Part shown: positions 12,724 to 23,627 of the stretch, in pieces
How the letters are laid out: each line of letters starts with the position of its first letter
Numbering within the stretch: position 1 is the first letter of the stretch
Assembly (NCBI GenBank): GCA_903813345.2
Contig: CAIIXF020000001.1
Span: 5,084,001 to 5,148,000 of the forward strand
DNA from: Owenia fusiformis
Taxonomy: Eukaryota
Length of the DNA stretch: 64,000 nt
Direction of reading: 5' to 3'
Position numbers and translations under genes: made by a program
Notes under the pieces: generated by a model
Databases searched by the model: none
What the model saw: only the letters and a program-made list of their open reading frames with translations
What the model was told of the DNA's origin: nothing

Positions 12724-14857
12724 GTAAACAAATTAGAATATCCGACATGGTTCAGCCATGCATAATATCGAATTCGAAGGCAACCCTTTGGAATTAATAG
12801 CTAGTACTGATAAATTATATCAGATTTATCAACCTAATAGTTTTCTTTATAATAGCGTTTGACAGTGGGATGAGACTTTGTCGATGAACTTTTTTCTAAG
12901 ATGGTCAATCAATAGTAGTCCTTGCCATACGTTCTTTTATTGATAAAAGATTCCTGGTAAATTATACCGTCTACACAGGCTAATCAATGCCAAAGAGGTT
13001 TCTTGTTAAAACAATAGAAAGACATGCTGATGTTGTAATAAAGTAAGCGTTCGGCGTCTAACAGCTCCTACGGTCAATAATGATCTTTGGAATTGTTCAT
13101 TTTGTAATCTACTCCTTTTCACATGGTTCGAGATTTCTTTGGCCGGATATGCCATCATGGAGGATTAAGAAATTTGAATTGTCATGAAATATCCAAACTT
13201 TAAAATATCCGTGTCCTCATACATACATTTTACATTTGTCAATGTACCAAGACGTCGAATTTCAAAATCGAAAGTACGTTTAATTTGCAATCAAATGTTT
13301 GTTGTTATTGACCATGAACCAATAAGATATAATTGATCATTTCATTATTTGCAACCTTAATTTGTTTAAAAGTTTTCATCCTCTTGGCATATATTATTAC
13401 CATTAGGAATAAAAAATGCCCTGGATCCTTGACAATTAAGATCATTTATATATAATAGCCTCCCGAATTAAGCCCTTTGGGGAACTCCATAAGTGAAGAT
13501 TTCATTTTCTTCCAAATAAGTATCATCAATAAAATTGCGTAATGTTAAAAATATTAAGAAAAAAGTATTTATAAAAAGAAGTTATTCACCAGGAGGGATT
13601 TGATATGGGGAATATCACGAGGATGACATCAATATTTCCCGGGGGAAAATTTGAAAAATAAAAATGTTTCGAAAAATGAAAAATTTCAGAAAAAATGTTT
13701 GAAAATTAATAACTTTTTGAATTTACCCGGGATGATATCAATGTCATTCCTGATCCCTGATATCATCCCTCTAATCCTGATATCATCTCTGTCCCAAATC
13801 AGATGTAAATGCCTGAACAAGCATAAACCATCCCTTTTGCAATACTTGCTATTATATACCTGATATTGCTCTAAATATGGGATAAACACGTATATATTTA
13901 AGTCATTCGAATTATCACTGATTCTGTATTTGAGACACTGGCGTTTTCCCATTTTCAATTTAATTTATATTCAAACCATGGGACAAAAGGCGTAATTCGA
14001 AAAGAATTATCAAGAACCTATCTATATGCTATTATTAAATCACACTTTCAGAATTGTTTTTGTTGGGTCGTGTCTTTAATAGGATATAAAGAATTGATAA
14101 TTCAATTATTCATGCTATAATCATTCTACAGGGGGATGAACCAAACAGCCAACGTTGATGATGATATCCTCACTGCGTACAATACCCATTACTTAGTAAA
14201 TCTAACTAATGGAAAATCTCACAGAGGAACACTACTGATGGATTAACCATTCTCATTATTTTCATGTCTCATGAGTTTATGGTTTCCTCTCCATGTACTA
14301 TTGGATGTTTAACGGTTCATCTAAAGTTTTATTCATTCTCTGTTGCCTAGAGATCTAGTAATCTATACATCCATACTAATACGCAACAAGAGAATAATGA
14401 AATATATCCGTGTTGGTTTCACTATATAAAAGGGCAGGAAAATCGGAATCTCGGTAATGCATGCGCAACAGTACCAATTTTACATTCTATTGTAGATGGC
14501 CCTTGTACACATGGATGTATAAATGCAAATGTTATTTTCTTTTATGACGTGACTGAAAGTTTTTGTACATTTTGGTTTAAACATTATTTCTTCTTGTTTC
14601 AGACCATGTCCTTAAGATACGTGATCATTGCCATGATTAATTAATTATATTTAATTAAATCAAATGTAAATGCCTGAACAACCATAATCCATCCCTTTTG
14701 CAATAATTTTGATAACCATACAATGACCAGTCATAACTATTTAATTATCTATTTATTTTATATACGTATATGGACCAACCTGTACTATATTATATACGTA
14801 TATGGACCAACCTGTACTATATAACTATACTACTTATTCTATTTTGTTTCATTAAAG

Positions 14858-17800
14858 CCAAAGGGAGTTGTCTGGAATACGGTCAAAGAGGGTTCGAGTC
14901 ATCAAGCGGTTGTAACAACACAAACCTCTACGGATGATCCAGCAGAATACCCTGATGGGGACTCCTCTGATTTAGAGACCGAGGAGTCTTCCGAGGATGA
15001 ATCTGAGACGGACGACAGCGAAGAAGAGGAATCGTCGCAAGAGGAATCTTCCGAGTATGACTCATCCGTCGAGGAATCAGATTCTGAATCGAGATATTCA
15101 AGCGCCCAGAGTCACCAAAGTAAAAAGAGTACGGTCAGTAGTGTATCGTCCTATGCAACTGCTAAGAGACATTTGAGCGTATCGTCTGCTGACTCCTATA
15201 GTGCTGACATAGCCCCAGTAGCAAATGAGATACGTCACACAACGATACACCAAACTGTCGAGCATCATCATCATCATCATCACACACATAGTCCAAAGCA
15301 GCAACGTAGACATGAAGAGAGAGTTCATGTTTTGAGTGAGTCTCAAACTATAAAACATAGCCCAACCTTGAAAAGAAACAATAGCTCCAAGGCAGAATCT
15401 GTTAAATCGGGAACTAAAAGTGAAAATTCCAAGAAAATTGTGAAAGAGGAAATTGAAATGAAAAGAGTTAAAAAGAAATCCGCAAAAAAATCTGCAAAAC
15501 ATGTCAAGGAAATTATAGATCAAGAGGTGGATTCTAATACACATACCAATGTCGTAGTTAAGTCCTCTTCGAGTGCTAAAGAAAGAAAGAAAAACAAAGA
15601 ACGCAGTGTCAAACGAGTAAAGTCAGAAAATTTTATAAACATTGATAGTGAGGAGCAAACTACAAACGAGAGTATTACAAAAGACGCCTGGACAAAGAAC
15701 ACGGAAACAAAGGAAAGTTCCAAAGGAAATGGAAAAAAATCTGGTAAACGGAAAAGAACAGCTACAAAGCAAACAGAAGATCATGACAAGCAACAAGAAC
15801 TGTTCCACAAACGAAGTGACAAAGATGAACAGTTTGGAGACTCTAAAATCGTCATTCAGCATAATGAATCTGCTGAAATTGCTGAAAATGTACATTCCCG
15901 AAAACAAGAACATATCAATCAAAAGAACAGTGAAAATGACCCTCCAAAAAAGTACATTAAAGCCTGGAATGATGATGATGGCATGGAAACCCCGAATCAG
16001 CTAAAGGAAAAATATAAGAATAAGACAACTGCAAATACTAAAAACGAAACTAAATATAAATCCGTCAAAAATGAGAAAAGCAGAGATAGTCCTACCATTG
16101 ATTTAAAAGCTGACATTGACACCAAAAGAGAAAGTAAAACAAATACTAAGAAAACCAAGCAAAATGACAATGTTGGTATAAAAGCAGATATAGATGTCAA
16201 TACAGATATCAAAACTTCTGCTAAGAAATCGAAGAGACGTGACAGTGTTAAAGAAGACGTTGATGTCAAGACAGAAACTGTGGATTCTGCTAAGAAAACT
16301 AAGCAAATTGACAATGTTGATATTGACATTGCTGTTAAAAAGAACATTAAGAAATCTGCTAAGAAATCAAAACAAAAAGCCAATGTTGACAAAAAGCTAG
16401 ATATTGATATCAAAACAGACACTGAAACTTCTAAGAAAGCAAACCAAAATGAAAGTGTTGATATCAAGGCAGACATCGATGTCAAAACAGAAGCTAAAAC
16501 GTCTAAGGAAGCAAACCAAAATGAAAGTGTTGATATCAAGGCAAACATCGATGTCAAAACAGAAGCTAGAACGTCTAAGGAAGCAAACCAAAATGAAAGT
16601 GTTGATATCAAGGCAAACATCGATGTCAAAACAGAAGCTAGAACGTCTAAGGAAGCAAACCAAAATGAAAGTGTTGATATCAAGGCAAACGTTGATGTAA
16701 AACCAGAAGCTAAAACGTCTAAGAAAGCAAAACAAAATGAAAGTGTTGATATCAAGGCAGACATCGATGTCAAAACAGAAGCTAAAACGTCTAAGGAAGC
16801 AAACCAAAATGAAAGTGTTGATATCAAGGCAAACATCGATGTAAAGCCAGAAGCTAAAACGTCTAAGAAAGCAAACCAAAATGAAAGTGTTGATATTAAG
16901 GCAGACATCGATGTCAAATCAGAAGCTAAAACGTCTAATAAAGCAAACCAAAATGAAAGTGTTGATATCAAGGCAGACATCGATGTAAAAACAGAAGCTA
17001 AAACGTCTAAGAAAGCAAACCAAAGTGAAAGTGTTGATATCAAGGCAGACATCGATGTCAAAACAGAAACTAAAACGTCTAAGAAAGCAAACCAAAATGA
17101 AAGTGTTGATATCAAGGCAGACATCGATGTAAAAACAGAAGCTAAAACGTCTAAGAAAGCAAACCAAAATGAAAGTGTTGATATAAAAACAGACATTGAT
17201 AACAAAGCAGAGAAAGAAACTTTTAAGAAATCAAAACAAAAAGACAACGTTGATAAAAAGGCAGGCGTTGATGTCAAAGCAGACACTGAAACGTCTAAGA
17301 AAGCAAAACAAAATGAGAGTATTGATATAAAAGCGGGCATTGATGCCAAAGCTCCCGTTAAGAAATTAGAGCAAAATGATAATCTTGATAAAAAGGCAAA
17401 TATTGATTTCGAATCAGAAACGCAATCATCTGCTAAAAAGGTCAAACAAAATGCAGACAATAAAGCAGAGAATGAGATAGTAGCTCAGTCTACAACCCAA
17501 GCAGTGGACATAAGTATTGACAAAATAGCTGCTGTCGAAATCCAAAATGATAAAAATAACTCTAATGATACTACTGTTGAGATACAGGCCAGTATTACAG
17601 TTGAAAATGATGGGAACGAAGACCCTGATAATGAGCCTAGTAAGCCTGATTCAAACGTTGACTTAAAAAGTGGAAACATTGATGTTGATATATCAGCAGA
17701 TGTTGATGAGAACTCCGATGACGAAGCAACAAATGTGGAGGTAAATATGGTAAAAAATGATGATACAACATCGGACGATCTTTCTTCGACACATCTTGAT

Positions 17801-18628
17801 CCTGATGTCGATAGCAATGCTGGTGACTTTACAAACAAAGAGGATGCTACTCTGGAGTCAAAGAACAACATCCATATTGATGCAGATATCAATCAGAAGC
17901 CAGACATGGAAGATCCTATTCAAACTGCTGAAGGGGAAACACCAGAAATTGATGCAGTTGATCTTGCTGTTTCTGCAGACCTAGCTGACTCTGAATCTGG
18001 CAGTACATCCTCTTCGACAGAACCAAAAAGTAAACCACCCTCAGCAAAATCAGAAATCAAATCTACTTTAGCCACAGCCCCGTTAACAAATCAAAAAAGT
18101 AAACCTCCATCGGCAAAGGCAGAAAATAAACCCCCTTCCACAAAATTAGATAGGAAACCGCCCTCCGCAAAATCAGAAAGCAAGCCATCCTCAACTAAAC
18201 CAGAAATTAGCCCTGAGTCAGCCAAAACGAACGACAAACAAGATACTTCTGTTGAAACCCCAACAAATGAATCACCTCCGCCATCTAAGACGGACGCACC
18301 TCCTCCAAAAAGACCTAAAAAGGATCTGGTAAAAGATAGCAAATCAAAACGGGAACCAGTACAAGAGGACCCATCCATTGCAGCAACAATAAGGGCGTTG
18401 GACAAGCGGGCAGATCAAAATCTGCAATCAATACTAAACCCCAAAGAAGACGTTGATATCGTTAACAAGCTGCTGAAAGATGGCAAAATGTCGGATGATG
18501 ATATAGATGCGCTAGAAAAATCAATAACTCCTATACCAGATGAACCTGATATTGATGACGAAACTCTTGATAAACTAATTAATGGTGATTTCAGTAAAGA
18601 ATTAGATGACTTTTTACACCAGGTGTAA
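14858..18628 (+). CDS. Large terminal exon: disordered Ser/Glu/Asp/Lys-rich protein with a poly-His tract, 24-aa tandem repeats and a short helical C-terminus
   Basis: The frame of ORF 15173-18628 stays open back to 14825. A pyrimidine tract plus aag acceptor at 14857 is phase 0, matching the donor at 12723 (junction IPPQ|PKGVVWNTV). The ORF is uninterrupted for 3.77 kb in AT-rich DNA. Confidence 0.8.
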   Translation, partial: PKGVVWNTVKEGSSHQAVVTTQTSTDDPAEYPDGDSSDLETEESSEDESETDDSEEEESSQEESSEYDSSVEESDSESRYSSAQSHQSKKSTVSSVSSYATAKRHLSVSSADSYSADIAPVANEIRHTTIHQTVEHHHHHHHTHSPKQQRRHEERVHVLSESQTIKHSPTLKRNNSSKAESVKSGTKSENSKKIVKEEIEMKRVKKKSAKKSAKHVKEIIDQEVDSNTHTNVVVKSSSSAKERKKNKERSVKRVKSENFINIDSEEQTTNESITKDAWTKNTETKESSKGNGKKSGKRKRTATKQTEDHDKQQELFHKRSDKDEQFGDSKIVIQHNESAEIAENVHSRKQEHINQKNSENDPPKKYIKAWNDDDGMETPNQLKEKYKNKTTANTKNETKYKSVKNEKSRDSPTIDLKADIDTKRESKTNTKKTKQNDNVGIKADIDVNTDIKTSAKKSKRRDSVKEDVDVKTETVDSAKKTKQIDNVDIDIAVKKNIKKSAKKSKQKANVDKKLDIDIKTDTETSKKANQNESVDIKADIDVKTEAKTSKEANQNESVDIKANIDVKTEARTSKEANQNESVDIKANIDVKTEARTSKEANQNESVDIKANVDVKPEAKTSKKAKQNESVDIKADIDVKTEAKTSKEANQNESVDIKANIDVKPEAKTSKKANQNESVDIKADIDVKSEAKTSNKANQNESVDIKADIDVKTEAKTSKKANQSESVDIKADIDVKTETKTSKKANQNESVDIKADIDVKTEAKTSKKANQNESVDIKTDIDNKAEKETFKKSKQKDNVDKKAGVDVKADTETSKKAKQNESIDIKAGIDAKAPVKKLEQNDNLDKKANIDFESETQSSAKKVKQNADNKAENEIVAQSTTQAVDISIDKIAAVEIQNDKNNSNDTTVEIQASITVENDGNEDPDNEPSKPDSNVDLKSGNIDVDISADVDENSDDEATNVEVNMVKNDDTTSDDLSSTHLDPDVDSNAGDFTNKEDATLESKNNIHIDADINQKPDMEDPIQTAEGETPEIDAVDLAVSADLADSESGSTSSSTEPKSKPPSAKSEIKSTLATAPLTNQKSKPPSAKAENKPPSTKLDRKPPSAKSESKPSSTKPEISPESAKTNDKQDTSVETPTNESPPPSKTDAPPPKRPKKDLVKDSKSKREPVQEDPSIAATIRALDKRADQNLQSILNPKEDVDIVNKLLKDGKMSDDDIDALEKSITPIPDEPDIDDETLDKLINGDFSKELDDFLHQV
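16441..17190 (+). repeat. Coding tandem repeat, 72 bp / 24 aa (ANQNESVDIKADIDVKTEAKTSKK), 11 near-identical unit starts plus degenerate flanking units
   Basis: The unit start aaaccaaaatgaaagt recurs every 72 bp from 16441 to 17161; degenerate copies extend over about 16080-17460. Confidence 0.95.
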
Positions 18629-19086
18629 ATAGTCACGACACCGCAGCAGTGCTATTGGAATGTACAGTGCTCAGTGTTGCCAGTGGCATGACATCCATTG
18701 TTATTTATTGATATCCTAGTATCTTTTGAATTTGAACAGCAGTAATATTGCGCTATTGTAAATTGCAAACAACATGTTTGAGGCTAAGTATTGATTATCT
18801 TTCAAATGTAGGAATTCCTACACTGAGGCAAACATTAGTTTCCTACCGTAGGTGTAGAACATTTTTTCAAAATAAGAATGGGTAATTGGGATTTAAATTG
18901 AAAACAAGCATCACTAGGACTAAAATGAATGGCATAATTCCAATCAATAAAATTGCTTTGGGCTTTTGAATATGGATGGTATTTGATATCGCTACTAAAT
19001 TCAAAGAAAGAAAACATTTCAATACATCGAAAGAGTTTTCTCCAACTGATCAGTAACAATTTTTTGTCAAGTTATTGAAAACTAAG

Positions 19087-19931
19087 TGTTACGTTCGAAA
19101 ATAACAGAAGGTAAAAACAGCAATTAAAATATGATAACAATATATTTATATTTTGAAAACTAAATAATTTAACAATAATATAAAGGAGATTTAATACTTA
19201 TGTGATGTCCAATCAATGATACGGCTTATTCTTGATGTCGATAAATGTCGTTGACGATCCTTGAGAATGTTCCGGATCACGAAATGTTTCAATAATCGTT
19301 AATAGTTCTCCAATGTTTGTAATAATCCAATAATGTTTGTTGTTATCCTATAATGTTCGTATCCAATAATGTTTGATGATAATCCACAAATGTTTGATGA
19401 TAATCCACAAATGTTTATGATAATCCACGAATATATATGATAATCCGTATATAATGTATGTTGTAATATATGTCCATATAAAGTCCTCAGGTTGTATGTT
19501 TGTAGTGTTATAAATGTTCCCACAGTAATTATCTGCTAAGAAGATATCCTTTTGATAAACTTTGAAATTCTGCTTTATTTAGTTCCTTTGAGATGTCCAG
19601 TTATGATTACTTAATTATCTGCTACTGAGTCCACTTTGCAGTTTTATTTATAGTGTGAAAGAATCATCTAGAAAGAATCTTCTGGAACTGAGACTACTTG
19701 TTGAGTTTTGATTGGACATCTCCAGTCACATGATTAAGTCTTAATGAATGATTATATTTTCTAGAACTCTCTGGATGGTCAAGGGTTAATGAGTCATTCA
19801 GTTCAGTTTTGTTTACAAGATATAATGTCATTGTGACCTTGACCTAAGATCTTTAATGAAGATCAGTTACAGTATATGCATATTGATAAACTAAACTTAA
19901 TGTGAATATAATAGAATATAATACTGTAACA
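19087..19931 (-). repeat. 3' LTR
   Basis: tgttacg...tgtaaca; no difference from 23628-24472 seen by eye; contains a ~21-bp minisatellite (aatgtttgatgataatccaca). Confidence 0.95.
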
Positions 19932-19942
19932 CCTCCCTCCTT
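19932..19942 (-). other. Polypurine tract
   Basis: The minus strand reads AAGGAGGGAGG immediately before the 3' LTR. Confidence 0.85.
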
Positions 19943-20581
19943 AAAAGAAAAGTTTTGAATAAAATGAAAAACTTTTACAAAAATATCTGGTGTAGCGAGG
20001 GTTACAATTTCTAAAAGTGAGGTTGAGACTTACATAATATTTGTTTACAATATTCTTTTTTTTATATGCAGTATGTTTACAAATATATAATACTTTCTAT
20101 CGTTACAGTGTGAGTACAATCTAATAACATATAATTTTCTGTAATAATCCCATACTACAATAATATCTACATCAGTTATGCATTAAGTCATAAATACAAT
20201 ACACGCAATAGATCATATAACATGTGCAATAGCATAATTTTTGAGTCTGACAAACACAAAACTAGTACAATGTTTTAAATGATCTTATGTAAGTATTTCT
20301 AATAGTACACTCTGATGTTATCAAGTAATCTTGTGACACTATTTAATGATCACCTATAATGCTCATATAATCTAGGAACATTCTTGTAGTTCATATAATA
20401 TCAATTTCACTATTTAGGCAAATGTTTTTATATACAGTATATAAGTGACAGTTATCTCAAATCTCCAATTTGCCTATCATATAATATAATCTTCATGAGT
20501 TAATCATTATAATTTACAATATCTGACTCTTGAATAACATACATGTATAGTTGTCATTGACATACAAGTTTGGCCTACGAG

Positions 20582-23521
20582 CTAAGAGCACAAGCTCAAG
20601 CTCATGTTGAGTAAAGAAATTTTATCACGCTCAACATACCTTTTCATCATATGTAGCTCTCTACACCTCACAGGAGTAGTTTTATCAATGCAAATGAAAT
20701 CATTCAGCACTGAGTTAGATTGTAAGTCAGATATGAGCTCCTTTGGTAGCTCAACTAATGTGGAATTGTTGATTTGTGTTTTCACAATATACTTGGTTTT
20801 GCTATTTCTAAGCATAAGGAGTGATTTTGTTTCTGGAAACTGTGTGGCCATGGACAGAATAATGAGCAGATATTGATTGTCAGATTTTGTTTTTGGTAAA
20901 GGACCAACACAGTCAATAAGAACCTTACTGAATGGTTCATCAAATGCAGGTATAGGGTGTAAAGGAGCAGTTGGAATTTTCTGGTTAGGTTTCCCTACCA
21001 TTTGACATGTATGACAAGACCTACAATACTCTTGGACATCTTGTTTTAATTTGGGCCAAAAGAAATGATTGAGTATTTTATGGTATGTTTTAGTTACTCC
21101 TAAATGACCTGCCATGGGAGAATCGTGAGCTAGACTCAAGATTTCCTTATGATATGATTTGGGGACAACAATTTGATGTACAATTGCCCAATCGTCTTCA
21201 GGGGAAGCTTCAGGAGGTCTCCACTTTCGCATTAATATGCCATCCTTTTTGTAGAAACAAACAGGGACCTTGACAGCTTCATCATTAGTAAGACATCTTT
21301 TATGAAGATCAATGAGTGATGGATCATGCTCTTGTTCATAAATTAACATGGGTTTAGAATGAGGATCATTTTTCAAAGAATCACTATCAGAAATAGAGGA
21401 TGAAACCTCAGAACAAGGAGGGGATGAAACCTCATGAACACTAGCAGAAGAAGATGAAACTTCATCAGAACTAGCAAGAGCGGGCGAAACCGCATTAAAA
21501 TAGTGATCCTGCTCAGAAGGTGAATCACCTCTGGCAATAGGCTTTTTCAATGAAGAATTTGCCTCAATAGATGACTGCTTGGCTTGAACAGAAGGCTGTT
21601 TCAATGAAGAATTTGCCTTTAAAATAGGATAAGGATCATCTTTAACAAGTGGTGAGTGACATTCATCATCAAACAAGGAGCTTAAAAACCCACTATCAAA
21701 GTCATCTCCCACAGACGAATCCCCGCTATTAGCTAACTTTTTAGCCATAGCCCTAGTAACAGCACAAGCAGGATATATATCAGAGTCCTCTTGGACAGAA
21801 TCCTCAATAGAACAAGGCTGATCAGAAACAATGGGGTCTAATGATACCTTACCCCCAGCTAAATCATTGCCTAAAAGCAATGCGACTCCTTCAACAGGAA
21901 GTTGTGGCCTAACACCAACAATAACTGGCCCTTTGACTAACTCTGATGTGATATGAATACGATGGAGGGGAACTTTAGTAAAACCTAATTCAATGCCTTG
22001 CATCAAAATATGGGTACCTGTGAATGACTCCTCAGATAAAGGAAGGACACCTTCTAACAACAAAGTCTGTGATGCACCCGTGTCTCTAAGAATCTTAACA
22101 GGCTTTGAATTGGTATCATCACTTGAAAGTGACACAAATCCTTCCGACATGAAAGGCTTATAATCCTCCATAATATCACTATGAGTAGATTTCTCAGTAT
22201 GAGTATATGAATCCCAAACAATGGGCTTTCTTGAAATGGGAACTGTAGCACAACCATTTGAATGAGCAGAACCAGACATCTCTCTTCTATTCTTTATCCT
22301 ATAGCATTCAGATATAAGATGACCAGGCTTTTTACAATAATTACAGGTGACATTTGATTTTGGACCTGAAGAATTTGATTGATCTGATTTTGAGCTAAAA
22401 CTCTGTGATGAATTAGACTGGTCTTTTGCTTTGTTTGATGCATTTGATGATGAGGACTGATTTGATTTTGAATCATATGAAGGTTTGTTACCTTGATAAC
22501 CTCTAAAGTTAGGATTGCCCTTGATAAAACTACCCTTATGAGTAAGAGCATAATCATCAGACAGGGTGGCAGCTTGACTTAAAGTTTCTACCTTGTGTTC
22601 ATCTAAATAAGTTCTAATGTGATACTGAACACAGTTTTTAAATTGTTCTATTAGCATAAGCTCTCTGAGCTTTTTAAACTCTTCAGATACATCTTTAGAG
22701 ATAAGCCACCTGTCAAAAAGCTGCTCTTGCTCTCGAGCAAACTCAACATGGGTTTGGTCACTCTGTTTGTGGGCATTTCTAAATTTTTGTCTGTAAGCTT
22801 CTGGCACTAGTTCATAAGCTTTAAGAATTGCATTTTTAATAAGGTCATAATCAGAGCATACTTCTGCTGAGAGAGAGGCAAATATTTCACTTGCTTTACC
22901 AATGAATACACTCTGAAGCATAACTGGCCATGCAGATTTAGGCCAGTCTAGGCTCTGAGCGACTTTTTCAAAGTGTGTAAAGTATTTATCAACATTTTTC
23001 TCCTGAAATTTAGGTACAAATTTGAGAAATTTTGAAGCGTCAAACCTATTTTCAAAATGTTGATGCATAGTAGCATGTTCATCAGTTTTGGATTGAGCTT
23101 CTATCTCAAGACGTTTCAATTCAATTTCTCTTTGAATTTCTTGTTCTCTTAATTTTATTTCTTTTTCACTTTGAATTTCTAACTCTTTTTCTCTCAATTC
23201 TCTTTCATTTTGCAATTCTTTCTCTCTCATTTCATTTTGTAATTTGAGTTCAAGTTCTCTCATTTGTAATTGCTGTTGAAATTCAGTAGGATCAACATGC
23301 TGGGTTGGCTCTACAGTAAGCTTTAATGCTTCTTCTGGTAATATTTCTTCCGCCACCAAATATGGCACCAGAATATTTTTTATTGCACCTTTTCGGTATG
23401 AAGTTTTTACTGCCAAACCAACATGTTTTGCTAGTGCCAGAAGTTCAGTTTTCTTTAAACTGTCAAATTCCTCCAAAGAGGGCGATCCTAAAAATGTCTC
23501 AACCTCAAAACTCATTTTCAA
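20582..23521 (-). CDS. Gag (SCAN-like capsid, CCHC knuckle), aspartic protease and truncated integrase polyprotein
   Basis: YELVPEAYRQKFR...LRELMLIEQF capsid region, CNYCKKPGHLISEC knuckle, ILRDTGAS protease, HDSPMAGH...CRSCHTC integrase zinc finger and IDCVGPLP core start; no YxDD RT motif. Confidence 0.92.
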   Translation of the reverse strand: MKMSFEVETFLGSPSLEEFDSLKKTELLALAKHVGLAVKTSYRKGAIKNILVPYLVAEEILPEEALKLTVEPTQHVDPTEFQQQLQMRELELKLQNEMREKELQNERELREKELEIQSEKEIKLREQEIQREIELKRLEIEAQSKTDEHATMHQHFENRFDASKFLKFVPKFQEKNVDKYFTHFEKVAQSLDWPKSAWPVMLQSVFIGKASEIFASLSAEVCSDYDLIKNAILKAYELVPEAYRQKFRNAHKQSDQTHVEFAREQEQLFDRWLISKDVSEEFKKLRELMLIEQFKNCVQYHIRTYLDEHKVETLSQAATLSDDYALTHKGSFIKGNPNFRGYQGNKPSYDSKSNQSSSSNASNKAKDQSNSSQSFSSKSDQSNSSGPKSNVTCNYCKKPGHLISECYRIKNRREMSGSAHSNGCATVPISRKPIVWDSYTHTEKSTHSDIMEDYKPFMSEGFVSLSSDDTNSKPVKILRDTGASQTLLLEGVLPLSEESFTGTHILMQGIELGFTKVPLHRIHITSELVKGPVIVGVRPQLPVEGVALLLGNDLAGGKVSLDPIVSDQPCSIEDSVQEDSDIYPACAVTRAMAKKLANSGDSSVGDDFDSGFLSSLFDDECHSPLVKDDPYPILKANSSLKQPSVQAKQSSIEANSSLKKPIARGDSPSEQDHYFNAVSPALASSDEVSSSSASVHEVSSPPCSEVSSSISDSDSLKNDPHSKPMLIYEQEHDPSLIDLHKRCLTNDEAVKVPVCFYKKDGILMRKWRPPEASPEDDWAIVHQIVVPKSYHKEILSLAHDSPMAGHLGVTKTYHKILNHFFWPKLKQDVQEYCRSCHTCQMVGKPNQKIPTAPLHPIPAFDEPFSKVLIDCVGPLPKTKSDNQYLLIILSMATQFPETKSLLMLRNSKTKYIVKTQINNSTLVELPKELISDLQSNSVLNDFICIDKTTPVRCRELHMMKRYVERDKISLLNMSLSLCS

Positions 23522-23604
23522 TTAATTGCTGTCTTCACAATTTAAATGTACAAGTTTTGGATTTCGAATTTTGAAATATTTGAATTTTAGCTTGTTGTAG
23601 TTGT

Positions 23605-23622
23605 ATCCCGGACGAGCCCCCA
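23605..23622 (-). other. Primer-binding site for tRNA-Pro
   Basis: The minus strand reads TGGGGGCTCGTCCGGGAT, the 18-nt complement of the tRNA-Pro 3' end, 5 nt from the 5' LTR. Confidence 0.92.
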
Positions 23623-23627
23623 ATTTC

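Noticed and set aside
14132-14195. Possible extra exon (GMNQTANVDDDILTAYNTHYL) in the repeat-protein gene
   Set aside because: It is open only with a phase-2 acceptor, which is incompatible with the phase-0 donor at 12723 unless another unseen exon intervenes.
16441-17190. Regular repeat array as a possible CRISPR
   Set aside because: The units are contiguous with no unique spacers, lie in frame within a CDS, and there are no cas genes in this eukaryotic context.
15997-17460. 487-aa hydrophobic antisense ORF and other overlapping ORFs in the repeat
   Set aside because: They are shadows of the 72-bp coding repeat: a stop-free unit propagates openness in other frames. There is no independent evidence of coding.
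20582-23521. Domesticated SCAN/Gag host gene
   Set aside because: It is still bounded by matching LTRs, TSD, PBS and PPT, so it is a mobile copy.
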